DNA of 45,887 nt from Verrucomicrobiales bacterium (GCA_031411295.1 JANOAV010000162.1:1-45887), one strand, 5' to 3'. Counted from the stretch's first letter, positions 19,405 through 31,918 are shown. Numbers and translations are program-made. Notes: generated by a model not told the origin, from the letters alone.

Positions 19405-20172
19405 ATGAAATCTTCCGCCATGCTACCCGTATTCTGTTTGGCTATCTTTGCGAATTTCGCTCCGGCTGCGGCGGTCCTTGGGCTCTGGACGCAAGCATCC
19501 GGCGGGGCCACCATGAGCAATGTCAATACAGCTTCACCCACCTGGGGGAACGGCACTACGGATAATGCTGATGCTTCCTCGATTTATTCCGGAATCAGCA
19601 TCGTCACGCTCTCTTTGCCGGGAGACAAAGTCGTGTTATCCGGCACTGCCTCGATGGTCGGGATCACCTCGGGAAATGAAGTTTTTCGTTTTGGTATCTT
19701 CAATTCGCTGGGGAGTTCTGGCACGACGGGGTGGCAGGGGTTCTTTGTCCAGAACGCGGCTATCGCTGCCGGGACGTTGAGAGAGCGTGATGCAGTTAAT
19801 ACCGGTGCATTTACGAGCACAACTGGGGCAGGCGCAGCCTTGGGAAGCATGACGAATCCAAACACCGCGCTCACCAGCACGAACTACAGTTTCCTGTTCT
19901 CGATCGAACGTGATGCCACGGGGCAGGCGCTCATTTCCACCTCCCTCAAGAGGGTCTCTGATGGAGTGGACTTCGCCAGCCTCACAGGTGTGGTCGTCCC
20001 GCTGCCAAAGACCTTCACGTTCGATCGGGTTGGCTTTCAGGGAACTACTAATTTGAATGCAGATCAGATTCAGATGAGTAATGTTGATTTTACACTCACG
20101 ACGGTGCCGGAACCCTCAGTCACTTGTCTTGCTGGGCTAGTTTGCCTGCTGGGCTGCTCCCGCAGGCGCTGA
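19405..20172 (+). CDS. PEP-CTERM sorting domain protein
   Basis: Signal peptide from ATG 19405 and C-terminus VPEPSVTCLAGLVCLLGCSRRR. Confidence 0.9.
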   Translation: MKSSAMLPVFCLAIFANFAPAAAVLGLWTQASGGATMSNVNTASPTWGNGTTDNADASSIYSGISIVTLSLPGDKVVLSGTASMVGITSGNEVFRFGIFNSLGSSGTTGWQGFFVQNAAIAAGTLRERDAVNTGAFTSTTGAGAALGSMTNPNTALTSTNYSFLFSIERDATGQALISTSLKRVSDGVDFASLTGVVVPLPKTFTFDRVGFQGTTNLNADQIQMSNVDFTLTTVPEPSVTCLAGLVCLLGCSRRR

Positions 20173-20187
20173 AACTCGGTCAACCTC

Positions 20188-21138
20188 ATGGCTCACATGC
20201 ACTCGAAATCATCATTTTACAAACTCTGGCTAGCTCTCTCGCTGCTCTTGCCGGGCGGCCTCAAGGCATCACCAGTGACGGGACCGTGGACTAAAATTGC
20301 TGGCGTAGCGGTGATGACCAACACGGATACCGCTTCTCCGACTTGGGGCGATGGCACTTCTGACAATGCGGATGCTTCCACCATCTACAGTGCCTTCCCG
20401 GACATTACGCTGCTGAATGCAGGGGAGAAAATTGTGCTCAGCGGATCCATGACATTGGTGGGAGTCACCACGGGTGGGGAGAATTTGCGCTTCGGAATTT
20501 TCAATGACAATAGCACCGGAACCACGAACGGATGGTTGGGTTATTTCCTCAGAAATGGCAGCGGTTCCACGGTGGCGTCCATTATGGAACGAGCCTCGCC
20601 AAACATAGGTGCGTTTACCAGCACGACTGGTGCCGCGAATGTCGGAACGGCTCCCGTGGCTGGTTCGGTGCTTGGCCCCACGAATGATACCTATGATTTT
20701 ACCATTACGTTCCTCCGCAATGCCACCAATGGAATGGTCCTCACGACGAGCCTGAAACGCACGACGGATGGCGTGGATTTCGGAGGCCTGACGGACATTC
20801 TGGACGTGACTCCGCTGACTTTCACATTCAATCGGGTGGGCTTCCAGGGGACCACTAATTTAAATGCGGATAAGATTCAGCTAACTAATGTGGATGTGCG
20901 TCTGGTCTTGCCGGTGGTGGCTAATCCACGCATCGTCAATGTCGGTGTGGGTAATGGCGCGTTCTTCGTGGACGTGACCGGAATGGATCGCTCCCGAACC
21001 TATAAACTGAAGCGCTCCAGCGATCTGATGATATTTCCAGACACGGTGGACTCCTTCACGGGCGACACGGATTACAGCTTCTTCGATCAATCGCCTCCGG
21101 TGGGTAAAGCATTCTATCGGTTGGAGGTTGCGCCTTAG
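20188..21138 (+). CDS. Secreted protein, paralogue of the upstream PEP-CTERM protein, with a C-terminal 'FYR' domain
   Basis: Shares TASPTWG.GT.DNADAS...RVGFQGTTNLNAD and ends YKLKRSSDL...KAFYRLE. Confidence 0.88.
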   Translation: MAHMHSKSSFYKLWLALSLLLPGGLKASPVTGPWTKIAGVAVMTNTDTASPTWGDGTSDNADASTIYSAFPDITLLNAGEKIVLSGSMTLVGVTTGGENLRFGIFNDNSTGTTNGWLGYFLRNGSGSTVASIMERASPNIGAFTSTTGAANVGTAPVAGSVLGPTNDTYDFTITFLRNATNGMVLTTSLKRTTDGVDFGGLTDILDVTPLTFTFNRVGFQGTTNLNADKIQLTNVDVRLVLPVVANPRIVNVGVGNGAFFVDVTGMDRSRTYKLKRSSDLMIFPDTVDSFTGDTDYSFFDQSPPVGKAFYRLEVAP

Positions 21139-21149
21139 CTCCTGCCGCC

Positions 21150-23489
21150 ATGAGATTTCTTCCCATCTGGTGCGTGTGTTGGTGCAGCTTCCTCAGTAGT
21201 CTGAGTGCTGCGCCCGCGACTGGGCCGTGGCTTCAGGCCACCGGCACTGCGGTTCTGGCGAATGTAAATACAGCCTCGCCCACATGGGGAAATGGCACGG
21301 TGGACAATGCGGATGCGTCCTCGCTTTACGCAGCCTTTCCGGCGGTGAATTTGATGGTGGCGGGGGATAAACTAACGCTCACGGGTTCGGCTCAGTTCGA
21401 GGGGATTACCGCCGCAGCCGAGGTGATTCGCTGGGGCGTATTCAGCGTCAACGGCAGCCCGGACACGAATGGCTGGCTGGGATACTTTCTGCGCAATGGC
21501 AATGCGACATCGGGTGCCTCGCTCGTGGAGCGCAGCAGTCCTAACACTGCTGCATTTTCCAGTGTTACGGGAGCCACCAGTTTTGGCGCCACCACTGCTC
21601 CGGGTTCCGCCCTGACAAACGCGACCTATGATTTCGTGATCAGTTATGAACGCAAGGCGGCTAATGGATTGCAGGTAAACACGTCCTTCAAGCGCACCAA
21701 TGACAACGTGGATTTCGCGAACCTGAGCGTGCTGGACCCAACTCCCCAGACATTCGTGTTTGATCGCGTGGGGTTTCTCGCCACCACCAATCTCAATGCG
21801 GATCGAATTCAACTAAGCAACGTGGCCATTACGGCTACCACTGCCACCGTCACTCCACCAGCGAGTAATGCGTTCACGATCACGCAGTTCGGTCTGGGAC
21901 CAATCACAGAGCCTGTCGGCGGTGGTCCCACGCTGCATTGGAAGGCGCAGACCGGACGGGAATATGCCGTGGAGGGATCGCGTGATTTGCAAACCTGGAC
22001 CCGCGTTGGCCCACCCGTTCGGACGGCTAGTGCGGATGGAACCACTCGAATCGGCCCGGTGGCTTCGATGCCGAATTTCCTGCGCGTGCGCGACCGTGTG
22101 GCCGCCCTGCCTGCACCGGCCACGCGACCCAATGTGCTCTTCATTGCGGTGGATGATTTACGGCCGGAAATTGCGGCCTTGGGGGCGGCGTGGATGCACA
22201 CGCCTAACATGGATCGATTAGTGCAAACGGGCCGGGCCTTCCAGCGGCATTACGTGCAATGCCCGACTTGCGGTGCCTCGCGCTATGCGCTGATGACCTC
22301 GCGTCGGCCCACCACTGGCACTGCGGCGGGCAATGATGCGTTCGTGTCGCTGTATCCTGGCCCAGGCACGCCGGCGTATCCCAACTCGCTGCCGGAAGCC
22401 TTTAAACACGTGGGTTATACCACAGTGGCCTTGGGCAAACTATCCCATTACGCAGGTGGTTACACGGATACTGGAGCCCTGGAAATGCCTGGTTCATGGA
22501 CCGAAGTTACTGGCCCCAGCGACATTTGGGGTAGTGCTGGAAATGCTTTTTTCGCTTATGCGGGCGGTATTACTCGCACCATCGGTGTCTCCCTGCGGAC
22601 GGAGATTGGCGTAGCCAGTGACGGCATTACTTCGCTAGCGGATACTGATTATCCCGATGGAATCATGGCGCAGGACGCGATCCAACGATTGCGGAATTTC
22701 AAGACCTCAGGCGAGCCATTCTTTCTGGCAGTAGGCTTCTACAAGCCGCACCTCCCGTTCAACGCGCCCAAGAAATATTGGGATCTTTATGATCGCAACG
22801 CCATCACAGTTCCCACGACGCAAACTCCGACTGGAGTAAATCCAACGCTGACCTTGTCTAACAACGGAGAGTTTCTGGGCAACTACGGTGGCACGAATAC
22901 GATTGATGAAGCAGAAGCGAAACTATCGATTCATGGGTATCGCGCGTGTGTTAGTTATACCGACGCGCAAATTGGCAAAGTCCTTGATGAACTGCAGACG
23001 CTGGGATTGGATCAGAACACGATCGTTGTGCTCTGGGGCGACCACGGCTGGGCCTTGGGAGAACTTGGCATTTGGGGGAATCATACCACCTTGGAGGAGT
23101 CCCTGCGCAGCCCGCTTATCATTCGGACCCCGGGATTAGCGCAGCCCGGCTTAGTGACCCAGACCCTCGTTGAAACGATCGACATTTACCCCACGCTAGC
23201 CGATCTCTGCAACGTCCCCGTGCCCCCGCTCGATGGCCGCAGCTTCGCTCCGACCCTGCTCAATCCCGCCCTGCCAGCGAAGGGTTACGCTCTGAGCTAC
23301 TGGCGCAACAGCAGCACCGACGGCTATTCGCTGCGCACCGACCGTTATCGATTAGTCCGTTGGGGCAATACCACAAGCACTCCCGTTCAGATCGATCTCT
23401 TCGACTATCAGCTTGATCCCGCTGGTTCTCAAAGTGCTACCAACACCCAGCCTGCAATCGTCACCGAAATGCTGAAGCTGCTGCCGTAA
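21150..23489 (+). CDS. Secreted sulfatase (iduronate-2-sulfatase-like) fused to the same paralogous N-domain
   Basis: PNVLFIAVDDLR, HTPNMDRL, CGASR (FGly-type motif), GKLSH, GFYKPHLPF, WGDHG. Confidence 0.9.
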   Translation: MRFLPIWCVCWCSFLSSLSAAPATGPWLQATGTAVLANVNTASPTWGNGTVDNADASSLYAAFPAVNLMVAGDKLTLTGSAQFEGITAAAEVIRWGVFSVNGSPDTNGWLGYFLRNGNATSGASLVERSSPNTAAFSSVTGATSFGATTAPGSALTNATYDFVISYERKAANGLQVNTSFKRTNDNVDFANLSVLDPTPQTFVFDRVGFLATTNLNADRIQLSNVAITATTATVTPPASNAFTITQFGLGPITEPVGGGPTLHWKAQTGREYAVEGSRDLQTWTRVGPPVRTASADGTTRIGPVASMPNFLRVRDRVAALPAPATRPNVLFIAVDDLRPEIAALGAAWMHTPNMDRLVQTGRAFQRHYVQCPTCGASRYALMTSRRPTTGTAAGNDAFVSLYPGPGTPAYPNSLPEAFKHVGYTTVALGKLSHYAGGYTDTGALEMPGSWTEVTGPSDIWGSAGNAFFAYAGGITRTIGVSLRTEIGVASDGITSLADTDYPDGIMAQDAIQRLRNFKTSGEPFFLAVGFYKPHLPFNAPKKYWDLYDRNAITVPTTQTPTGVNPTLTLSNNGEFLGNYGGTNTIDEAEAKLSIHGYRACVSYTDAQIGKVLDELQTLGLDQNTIVVLWGDHGWALGELGIWGNHTTLEESLRSPLIIRTPGLAQPGLVTQTLVETIDIYPTLADLCNVPVPPLDGRSFAPTLLNPALPAKGYALSYWRNSSTDGYSLRTDRYRLVRWGNTTSTPVQIDLFDYQLDPAGSQSATNTQPAIVTEMLKLLP

Positions 23490-23492
23490 TGG

Positions 23493-24116
23493 CTAGCCGC
23501 GGGATTGCAGCCAGGAGCCCAGTGCTGCAAGATCTTCCAGCAGCAGATCTGGCTGGCTTTGCTCGAGCACCTCGCGGAAGTCATAGCCCGTGAGGACCCC
23601 GACAGAGAAGATCCCGGCATGGCGGGCGGTTTCGATGTCGTGCACCATGTCACCAACGTAAATTAGGGTGGCAGGATCCAGATCGTGGTGGCTGAGGAGA
23701 TGGGCAATATAGTGTTTCTTATCCACGATACCGGCATGGAAAGCCTCGAAGTAGTGATGAATGCCCAAGTCCCTGGCCTGTTGCTCGACCGCATCCTTGG
23801 GGGCGGAACTGAGCACAAACATCCGACGTTGCTCTTCCTGGGCCTGTTCGAGGAATTGACGGGACGTGGGAAGAATCGTCACGGGTGCCACGGAGGCAGC
23901 GAAGGCGCGGCGGAACTCTACTTCCAATTCCACCAGCGGCACGTGAGGAGTGTGTTCTTCGTAAAATTCCGTATAAGGAAGCCGAAATTTCCTGCGAAAC
24001 TCCTCGCGTTCCATTGATGGACGCCCGGCGTAGTTCAAGACGGCGTTGGTGGCCTCGATCACCGGGGGGAGATCGTCCACGACCGTGCCCGACCAATCGA
24101 AAATAATATGCTGCAT
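23493..24116 (-). CDS. HAD-family hydrolase (phosphoglycolate phosphatase-like)
   Basis: [24 protein letters not shown]. Confidence 0.9.
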   Translation of the reverse strand: MQHIIFDWSGTVVDDLPPVIEATNAVLNYAGRPSMEREEFRRKFRLPYTEFYEEHTPHVPLVELEVEFRRAFAASVAPVTILPTSRQFLEQAQEEQRRMFVLSSAPKDAVEQQARDLGIHHYFEAFHAGIVDKKHYIAHLLSHHDLDPATLIYVGDMVHDIETARHAGIFSVGVLTGYDFREVLEQSQPDLLLEDLAALGSWLQSRG

Positions 24117-24248
24117 TTATCCACCTGAGGGGGAATGAGGTAAAGATCAACTCCGTTCTGCAAGTGCCGCCAGGTGGGGCAGGTGGTGGTTATCAAGGAA
24201 CCCGGTTGCGTGAGGCAATGGAATGGTGCTTTCTGCTGGATGGAATCC

Positions 24249-27068
24249 ATGATCAAAATCGTCGGCGCGCGACAGCACAATTTGCAGAATCTCTCAGTCG
24301 AGTTTCCGCGGCATCGGCTGGTGGTGGTGACGGGCGTGAGCGGGAGCGGGAAATCCTCGCTGGCGTTCAATACGCTGTATGCAGAAGGCCAGCGGCGTTA
24401 CGTGGAGAGCCTCAGCGCGCGGGCACAGCAGTATTTGGAAAAGATGGAAAAGCCCGATGTGGACTTCATTGATGGACTCTCTCCCGCCATTGCGATTGAG
24501 CAATTGACCGCGCAACAGAATCCGCGCAGCACCATTGCCACTGCCACGGAAATTTACGATTACCTGCGCGTGCTCTACGCCACCTGCGGTCAACCGCACG
24601 ATCCGCGCACGGGGCAACCGGTGCATCGACACACGACGACGAGCATTGTGGAGGTGATTCAGAAATACCCGGAAAATTCTCGCATCATGCTGCTAGCTCC
24701 ATTGCCTGCCAGCGAGGTCATTCAGCCGAAGAAACTCTGGGAGAAACTGGCGCGTCAAGGATTCGTGCGGGTTCGTGTGGCCGGCCAAGTGGTGGAGATC
24801 GAGGACAAGCCGGAGATCCCTGATGGCACCACGGTGGACATTGTGATTGATCGCTTGGTGGTGCGGTCGGATGCGCAGACCCGTTTGGTGGAGAGTGTCA
24901 CCGTGGCGCTGCGGTGGAGCGGCGTGAACAGTTCGGTGTTGGTGCTGCGGCAAACGCCGGATGACTGGGCGGAGGAGAAGTTCACCACGTTATTCATGAA
25001 CCCAGAAACGGGCTTTCGCATGCCTGCGCTAACGCCAAAGCATTTCTCCTTCAATAGTCATCACGGAGCCTGCGAACGCTGTCAGGGCTTGGGTATCGAG
25101 ATGCACGCGGATCCTGATCTGCTGGTGCCGGATCCCACGAAAACCTTGGCCGAAGGAGCGGTGAAAACTTGGTGGAGCAAGAACCCAAAATTGAAGGTGC
25201 TCCATGATCGACAGATCACGGCCCTGGCAGCGCACTACCGCATTGAGGATAAGCTGCCATTTTCCAAACTGCCAGACGACTTCAAACACGCTTTGTTTCA
25301 CGGCACAGGGAACCTGGCGATCAAGGTTGCGGGCAAGGCTGTTGCCAAACCTTGGGAAGGCCTGTTACCGCAAGCCCAGCGCCTGGTGCTGGAGTCGGAG
25401 AGCGAGTTCATGAAGCTGAACGTGCGACGGTATATGAATCCCACCGCCTGCACCTTGTGCGATGGAAAGCGACTCAAGCGCGAGATTCTGGCGGTCACCC
25501 TAACAGCAGGGAAGCAGCAACAATCCATCATTGATTTTACCGGTCTAACCATCATCGTCGCCAAAGCCTGGCTGCGGAAGATTTCCCTCACCGTCCAGCA
25601 AAAGAAGATCGCCAGCGATGTGCTGCGGGAACTGGATGAGCGGTTGGGATTCTTGGGAAATGTTGGTTTGGGTTACCTGACACTGGATCGGGCCAACAGC
25701 ACGCTGAGCGGTGGCGAGGCGCAGCGGATTCGGCTGGCGAGTCAGTTGGGCTCCCGTCTCAGCGGCGTGCTCTATGTGTTGGACGAGCCCAGTATTGGCC
25801 TGCATCAGCGGGACAACGATCGTTTGGTTGCCACGCTGCATGAACTGCGGGACCGGGGGAATTCCGTGATCGTTGTAGAGCACGATGAGGACACGATTCG
25901 CGCGGCTGACTACGTGTTGGATCTGGGCCCGGGGGCGGGGCCCAAGGGTGGAAAGTTACTAGCCGCAGGCACGCCCCAAGAAATCGAAGCCAACGAAAAG
26001 TCCATCACGGGCAGATTTCTCAGCGGTCACAGCAAGATCAAGCCCCCGGCCAAACGCGTGGAACCCAAGCATTGGCTGACGGTGCAGGGGGCGGCGGAAC
26101 ACACGTTAAAGAATATCGATGTGGCCTTTCCGCTCGGCTGTTTCATCTGTGTCACGGGAGTTAGTGGGAGCGGGAAATCTACGTTAGTGGATGACATTCT
26201 GCGGCGGGAACTATTCCGTAAATTCTATCATTCCAAGGATACGCCGGGGAAACATCGCGCCATTACCGGGATGGAGCACATTGACAAGGCCATCGTGATT
26301 GATCAATCGGCCATCGGACGGAATCCGCGGTCCAATCCAGCCACCTTTGTCGGGGCCTTTACGGCCATTCGGGATCTCTACTCGCTGCTGCCTTCAGCGA
26401 AAGTTCGGGGATACAACGCGGGGACGTTCTCCTTCAACACCAAAGGTGGGCGCTGTGAAGTCTGCGAGGGCGATGGGCTGATTCAGATCGATATGCATTT
26501 CATGACGGACGTCTATGTCACGTGTGATGCCTGCGAGGGCCGACGCTACAAGCCGGATGTGCTGGAGGTGCTCTACAAAGGGAAGAGCATCGCTGATGTC
26601 CTGGAAATGGACTTGGATCAGGCGGCGGATTTCTTCCGCACCATTCCCGGGCTGGGGGATAAGATGCGCACGCTGTGTGCGGTGGGATTAGGCTATCTGA
26701 AGTTGGGACAAGCTGCGAATACCCTGAGCGGAGGTGAAGCTCAGCGCATCAAGCTGTCCGCAGAGTTGGCCAAGCGCAGCACTGGCAGCACGTTGTATCT
26801 GTTGGATGAACCGACCACGGGGCTGCATTTCGCAGATATTGATACGCTGCTTCGGGTCTTGTTCGGGCTGCGCGATCAAGGGAATACCCTCATTGTGATT
26901 GAGCATAATTTGGATGTCATCAAATGCGCGGACTGGGTGATTGATCTCGGTCCGGAAGGGGGCGCGGGCGGGGGAGAGATCGTGGCTGCGGGGCCGCCGG
27001 AAGTGGTGGCCGCATGCCCGCGCAGTTACACCGGGAGGTATTTGCAGGCCAAGCTAAGTCGGGGCTGA
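24249..27068 (+). CDS. uvrA: Excinuclease ABC subunit A
   Basis: GARQHNL, two GVSGSGKS Walker A motifs, two [13 protein letters not shown], Zn-finger CxxC pairs. Start is 24249 or 24240. Confidence 0.97.
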   Translation: MIKIVGARQHNLQNLSVEFPRHRLVVVTGVSGSGKSSLAFNTLYAEGQRRYVESLSARAQQYLEKMEKPDVDFIDGLSPAIAIEQLTAQQNPRSTIATATEIYDYLRVLYATCGQPHDPRTGQPVHRHTTTSIVEVIQKYPENSRIMLLAPLPASEVIQPKKLWEKLARQGFVRVRVAGQVVEIEDKPEIPDGTTVDIVIDRLVVRSDAQTRLVESVTVALRWSGVNSSVLVLRQTPDDWAEEKFTTLFMNPETGFRMPALTPKHFSFNSHHGACERCQGLGIEMHADPDLLVPDPTKTLAEGAVKTWWSKNPKLKVLHDRQITALAAHYRIEDKLPFSKLPDDFKHALFHGTGNLAIKVAGKAVAKPWEGLLPQAQRLVLESESEFMKLNVRRYMNPTACTLCDGKRLKREILAVTLTAGKQQQSIIDFTGLTIIVAKAWLRKISLTVQQKKIASDVLRELDERLGFLGNVGLGYLTLDRANSTLSGGEAQRIRLASQLGSRLSGVLYVLDEPSIGLHQRDNDRLVATLHELRDRGNSVIVVEHDEDTIRAADYVLDLGPGAGPKGGKLLAAGTPQEIEANEKSITGRFLSGHSKIKPPAKRVEPKHWLTVQGAAEHTLKNIDVAFPLGCFICVTGVSGSGKSTLVDDILRRELFRKFYHSKDTPGKHRAITGMEHIDKAIVIDQSAIGRNPRSNPATFVGAFTAIRDLYSLLPSAKVRGYNAGTFSFNTKGGRCEVCEGDGLIQIDMHFMTDVYVTCDACEGRRYKPDVLEVLYKGKSIADVLEMDLDQAADFFRTIPGLGDKMRTLCAVGLGYLKLGQAANTLSGGEAQRIKLSAELAKRSTGSTLYLLDEPTTGLHFADIDTLLRVLFGLRDQGNTLIVIEHNLDVIKCADWVIDLGPEGGAGGGEIVAAGPPEVVAACPRSYTGRYLQAKLSRG

Positions 27069-27184
27069 GAATCGGCGCGCGGTTCCATCCCGTCTTGCAG
27101 ATGCGATGAGACGTGCGACGCGAAGGATTAATTTACAGGGTGGAGATTGCGTTGTAGGAGCGGGTATACCCCAAATTTCCGATT

Positions 27185-28417
27185 ATGAAACCAACGCTAC
27201 TCTGTCTGTTCATCTCCACCCTAACAGCCTCGGCGGATCTTGCCGTTCCCGGCATGACGGCTTACAGCCTGCCGGACGCGCGGGCTCTGCAAACCAAGAA
27301 AGCGGACGGCAGTGCGCGTTGGTCGGGCGAACCCAAGGTGCTCTGGTATGGCCAGATCAAAGCGGCCGGAGAAATCACAGCCGCAGTGAAATTTGTGTTC
27401 CCCAAGGACAAACCCGCCAAGCTGAAACTAACGGTGGAGGGACAAACGCACGAAGCCACCGCCAAGGGCACGGGCGAAGAGGAAGTGGTGGAGTTCGGTA
27501 AATTTAAAATCACCAAGCTGGGGTATGTGCCGTTCGAACTGACGTCCGGCAGCGGCAGCCAAGCCGCAGGGACGATCCTGGCGTTGCAACTTAGCGGCCC
27601 GGCATCGGAGGGCGCGCATTTCAACCTGGAAGAGCGTCGCAATGCCGCCAGTGTGCATATGAATTATCCCCTGGAGGGGAAGCCTGAAATTGCCGCTTAC
27701 TACAATGAGGTAACGGGCGTGACGGATCCGGTGAATACGTTCTACATGGCCTGCGGGTTCAGTCGGGGCTACATGGGAATGCAGGTGAACTCGCTCACCG
27801 AAAGACGCATCATTTTCTCCGTCTGGGATAGTGGCACCGGACAAAATGCCAAGACGCGTGCGGAAGTGCCCGTGGAAAATCAAACGCAACTGCTCGGCAA
27901 AGGCGAGGGCGTGGTGGCGGAGGTGTTTGGCAACGAAGGCACGGGCGGCCATAGTCACTTGGTTTACAATTGGAAAACCGGGGTGCCGCAAAAGTTCGTG
28001 GTGACGGCCAAGGTGGACGGCACGAAGACGATTTACTCCGGTTACTTCTTCCATCCTGAGAAAAATTCCTGGATGCTCATCGCCAGCTTCAGCGCCCCGC
28101 ATGATGGTAAATTACTCCGCGGTTGTCATGGATTCGTGGAGGACTTTGCAGGCGAGACCGGGCACTTCCAACGCAAGGCGCGCTTCGGCCCGCAATGGAT
28201 GCAGGATCCCGCTGGGAAATGGACCGAATTGCTCACGGCCTCGTTTACGCATGACGGCACCGGCAAGGACGCTCGACTGGATCGGTTTATGGGCGTGGAA
28301 GAGGGCAAATTTTTCCTGAGCAATGGTGGCTTTGTGGAAGGTTACACGAAATACGGCACGAACTTCACTCGACCCGCCAGCGGCACGGCTCCTACGTTGA
28401 AACTGCCAAATCCATGA
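27185..28417 (+). CDS. Secreted DUF3472 (DUF5077-associated) domain protein
   Basis: [52 protein letters not shown]. Confidence 0.82.
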   Translation: MKPTLLCLFISTLTASADLAVPGMTAYSLPDARALQTKKADGSARWSGEPKVLWYGQIKAAGEITAAVKFVFPKDKPAKLKLTVEGQTHEATAKGTGEEEVVEFGKFKITKLGYVPFELTSGSGSQAAGTILALQLSGPASEGAHFNLEERRNAASVHMNYPLEGKPEIAAYYNEVTGVTDPVNTFYMACGFSRGYMGMQVNSLTERRIIFSVWDSGTGQNAKTRAEVPVENQTQLLGKGEGVVAEVFGNEGTGGHSHLVYNWKTGVPQKFVVTAKVDGTKTIYSGYFFHPEKNSWMLIASFSAPHDGKLLRGCHGFVEDFAGETGHFQRKARFGPQWMQDPAGKWTELLTASFTHDGTGKDARLDRFMGVEEGKFFLSNGGFVEGYTKYGTNFTRPASGTAPTLKLPNP

Positions 28418-29604
28418 TCCCTGAATTTACCCAACATTTGCAGACCACGTTAAGCGAAATCAAATCCGCCGGACTGTGGAAATCCGAACGACTCATTGGC
28501 ACGCCGCAAGGGGGACGGGTGAAACTGGCGGATGGGCGCGAACTCATTGTGATGTGTGCCAATAATTATCTGGGGCTGGGGAACCACCCGGAGATCGTGG
28601 CGGCAGCGCACGAGGCCTTGGATCGCTGGGGATACGGCCTGGGTAGTGTGCGCTTCATTTGTGGAACGCAAACGTTGCACCGGCAACTGGAGGAAGCGCT
28701 CTCGGCGTTCCTCGGCACTGAGGACACCATTCTCTACAGTTCGTGCTTTGATGCCAACGGGGGCTTGTTCGAAACGATCCTGACGGAGCAAGATGCGGTT
28801 ATCTCCGATGCCTTGAATCATGCTAGTATCATCGACGGCATTCGTCTCTGCAAAGCCAAACGTTATCGGTATGCTAACCGGGATCTGGAGGATTTGGAAG
28901 CGCAACTGAAGGCGGCGGAAGCTGCGGGAGCAAGGTTTAAACTCATCGCCACGGATGGAGTGTTCAGCATGGACGGCACCTATGCCCCCATGAAGGAGAT
29001 CTGTGATTTGGCGGACAAATATGGTGCCTCCGTCATGATGGACGATTCCCATGCGGTGGGATTTGTGGGAGCGGAAGGCCGCGGGACGCACGAGAAATTT
29101 GGCGTGCTGGGGCGGGTGGATGTCATCACCGGGACCCTTGGAAAAGCCCTGGGCGGAGCCAGCGGCGGCTACACCAGCGGCAAGCGCGAGGTGATCGATC
29201 TGTTGCGCCAGCGCTCCCGGCCGTATTTGTTTTCCAATACCCTGGCACCAGTAATTGCCGCCGGAACCTTGAAGGCCTTGGAGTTGTTGCAACGGGATCG
29301 CACGCTGGTAGATCAGCTTTGGAGCAACACCAGAGCCTATGTGGAGGGTATGCGAGCCGCCGGTTTCAATTTGGGCGAGGGCGATCACCCAATTGTGCCG
29401 ATCATGCTAGGCGACGCCAAAGTGGCGCAGGAAATGTCGGCCAAGTTGTTGGAAAAAGGCGTCTATGCGGTCGGATTCTTTTTTCCTGTGGTCCCACAGG
29501 GCAAGGCGCGGATCCGCACGCAGATCAGTGCCGCCCTAACTCCGCAGGATGTGGCGGAGGCGGTGCGGGTGTTCGCGGAGTGTCGTCGAGAAATGGCGTT
29601 ATAG
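28414..29604 (+). CDS. kbl: Glycine C-acetyltransferase (2-amino-3-ketobutyrate CoA ligase)
   Basis: [63 protein letters not shown]. Confidence 0.95.
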   Translation: MIPEFTQHLQTTLSEIKSAGLWKSERLIGTPQGGRVKLADGRELIVMCANNYLGLGNHPEIVAAAHEALDRWGYGLGSVRFICGTQTLHRQLEEALSAFLGTEDTILYSSCFDANGGLFETILTEQDAVISDALNHASIIDGIRLCKAKRYRYANRDLEDLEAQLKAAEAAGARFKLIATDGVFSMDGTYAPMKEICDLADKYGASVMMDDSHAVGFVGAEGRGTHEKFGVLGRVDVITGTLGKALGGASGGYTSGKREVIDLLRQRSRPYLFSNTLAPVIAAGTLKALELLQRDRTLVDQLWSNTRAYVEGMRAAGFNLGEGDHPIVPIMLGDAKVAQEMSAKLLEKGVYAVGFFFPVVPQGKARIRTQISAALTPQDVAEAVRVFAECRREMAL

Positions 29605-30622
29605 CCGCATACTCCCGCAATATTCCGGCCAGGCTGTGGCCGCGGCAGACGGCTACGACGCCATCGCCCGCGGCCAGGATGGTCTCGCGAGTTGGCTTTA
29701 ATTCCGTGCCTCCAGCTTTGCGATGGACGGCTACCACCATAATGCCACCGGCTTGTGAGGCTTCGAGATGACCGATCGTTTGTCCGATGAAAGCGGAATT
29801 CTCCGTCAGGACGCATTCTTCCATTTCCAATCCCAGATCATTGAGTTCGTCATTGAAGTGGCGAGACTTGGCCGCGTTATCGATGAGTTCTTTGGCTTCT
29901 GGAAACAGAATGATGTGAGCAATTCGTTCGGCCCCGATCAGGGCGGGGAGCACGACCCGGTTGGCCCCGGCCTGGATGAGTTTCCGCTCGGTGGCGGGAT
30001 CTTCCCCTCGGGCGATGATGATGATGTCGGGATGGAGGTTGCGGGCACTCAGGGTGATGAAGACATTGCTGGCATCCGAGGGGAGCACGGTGGCGAGCAC
30101 CATGGCCCGCTCGATACCGGCTTGGAGGAGGACGGACTCCTCCATGGCATCCCCTTCCAGCGTCAGGAAGCCGGATTCCTTGGCTTCCGCGAGTCGCTTG
30201 AGATCGCGATCGACAATAATGAAAGGTCGTTTGGCGGCTTTTAATTCGGCGGCCACCATGCGTCCGATGCGGCCATAGCCGCAGATGACGGCGTGTTTTT
30301 GTAGTCGTTTTAGTTCTTGATTCATACGTCTGTCTCCAAGGGCACGGCGGATTTGACCTTCCAGAAGGAATTGGACCAAGGCACCGCTGAGAAAAATCAA
30401 GCTGGTATATCCCAGCACGATGATAACCATGGTAAACTCCCGCAGTCCCTCGGTTTCGATGGGTCTGACTTCACCATAACCCACGGAAAAGAGGGTGATG
30501 ACGACCATGTAAACGGCATCGGAAAAGTTCCAGCCTGCCACGAGGTATCCGACCACGCCAAGCACCACGACCCCAGCCGTGAAGGCTAGGCCGTAGCCGA
30601 GATTGCGGGTGGGGGCACTCAT
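29525..30622 (-). CDS. Potassium channel protein with TrkA-N/TrkA-C (RCK) domains
   Basis: Two TM helices, pore [18 protein letters not shown], and AGANRVVLP followed by a TrkA-C domain. Confidence 0.9.
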   Translation of the reverse strand: MSAPTRNLGYGLAFTAGVVVLGVVGYLVAGWNFSDAVYMVVITLFSVGYGEVRPIETEGLREFTMVIIVLGYTSLIFLSGALVQFLLEGQIRRALGDRRMNQELKRLQKHAVICGYGRIGRMVAAELKAAKRPFIIVDRDLKRLAEAKESGFLTLEGDAMEESVLLQAGIERAMVLATVLPSDASNVFITLSARNLHPDIIIIARGEDPATERKLIQAGANRVVLPALIGAERIAHIILFPEAKELIDNAAKSRHFNDELNDLGLEMEECVLTENSAFIGQTIGHLEASQAGGIMVVAVHRKAGGTELKPTRETILAAGDGVVAVCRGHSLAGILREYAAITPFLDDTPRTPAPPPPHPAELGRH

Positions 30623-30688
30623 ACGGGGCGCAGATGGCAAGAGTCGTGCCGATCATGCATGGAATTTCGTGGAGGACGGCTTTGGGCT

Positions 30689-30723
30689 AAAAAAAGCGCA
30701 GTAGCCCGATGGCTACTGCGCTT
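30689..30723 (-). terminator. Intrinsic terminator of tal
   Basis: Perfect 13-bp stem aagcgcagtagcc/ggctactgcgctt with a 4-nt loop and a T-run on the minus strand, 22 bp after the tal stop. Confidence 0.88.
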
Positions 30724-30745
30724 CTGGACTAGCGGCTAGATTAGG

Positions 30746-31702
30746 TTAACCCAGCGCTGCGATGATTTGTTTTTCCAATTTCACCATGTCGGCGGCAAAC
30801 TTGCGGATGCCTTCGGCGGTCTTTTCGGTGGCCATGGCGTCCTCGTTGAGGAGGAATCGGAAGGATTTTTCATCGCAGAGGACTTTGTCGATCTTAGCGG
30901 TCTTTGCGGCTGCTGGATCGAGTTTGCGGGTCACTGGGGCTTCGGAATCCTGGAGCTTCTTGAGCAGGTCCGGGCTAATCGTGAGCAGATCGCATCCAGC
31001 AAGTTCAGTGATCTGGCTGATATTGCGGAAGCTGGCACCCATGACTTCGGTTTCATGGCCGAAGTGCTTGTAGTAGGCGTAGATTTGCTCCACGGATTTC
31101 ACGCCGGGATCCTCTGCGCCTTGGTAATCGATGCCGGTGTCCTTCTTGAACCAATCATAGATGCGGCCGACAAAGGGGGAAATGAGTTTGATCTTCCCTT
31201 CGGCACAAGCCACGGCTTGGGCGAGGCTGAACATGAGGGTGAGGTTGCAGTTGATCCCTTCCTTTTGCAGAACTTCGGCGGCTTTGATGCCTTCCCAAGT
31301 GGAGGCGATTTTGATCAGGACGCGCTCCTTGGCGATGCCGGCTCCTTTATAGAGAGCGATGAGTTCCCGGGCCTTGCTGAGGGTGCCGTCGTAGTCGAAG
31401 GAGAGGCGGGCGTCCACTTCGGTGGAAACACGACCAGGCACGATCTTCAGGATTTCGGTGCCGAAGAGAATCAGGATACGGTCGATGGTGGCTTCGACGC
31501 GCTTGGCTCCGGTGAGGGATCCCGCTTTGTTTTCGGTGACCGCTTGATCGATCAAAAACTTATACTCCGGCTTCTGGGCTGCGGCCAGAATGAGGGAAGG
31601 GTTGGTGGTGGCATCCTGCGGCTTGTATTGGCGCATGGATTCGAAGTCACCGGTATCAGCCACGACGGTGGTGAACTGTTTGAGTTGGTCTAGGGAGGTC
31701 AT
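30746..31702 (-). CDS. tal: Transaldolase
   Basis: [53 protein letters not shown]. Confidence 0.97.
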   Translation of the reverse strand: MTSLDQLKQFTTVVADTGDFESMRQYKPQDATTNPSLILAAAQKPEYKFLIDQAVTENKAGSLTGAKRVEATIDRILILFGTEILKIVPGRVSTEVDARLSFDYDGTLSKARELIALYKGAGIAKERVLIKIASTWEGIKAAEVLQKEGINCNLTLMFSLAQAVACAEGKIKLISPFVGRIYDWFKKDTGIDYQGAEDPGVKSVEQIYAYYKHFGHETEVMGASFRNISQITELAGCDLLTISPDLLKKLQDSEAPVTRKLDPAAAKTAKIDKVLCDEKSFRFLLNEDAMATEKTAEGIRKFAADMVKLEKQIIAALG

Positions 31703-31918
31703 AAGGATGAAAAAGGTTGGGGTTGAAGCGGCGTGAGCGCTTTTGAGCAGGGGCGGGGAATCTAACCTTCAATGGGCATCTGCAAGGAGAAAAAATTTAA
31801 CGGAAACGCGAAATGGAATTCATGCCGGATCCGCGAGGGCATGGGGGCGAAAAAAATTCCCGAGAGTTTATATTGAAGTTTTCTTAAATAGTTGGCATTA
31901 TGGAGGATCTCATCTGCT

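Noticed and set aside
24117..24248. LexA box upstream of uvrA
   Set aside because: No TGTTC-N4-GAACA-like motif is visible.
28450..31693. Long antisense ORFs (28450..29388, 30767..31693 and similar elsewhere)
   Set aside because: These are shadows of well-supported genes in GC-rich DNA.
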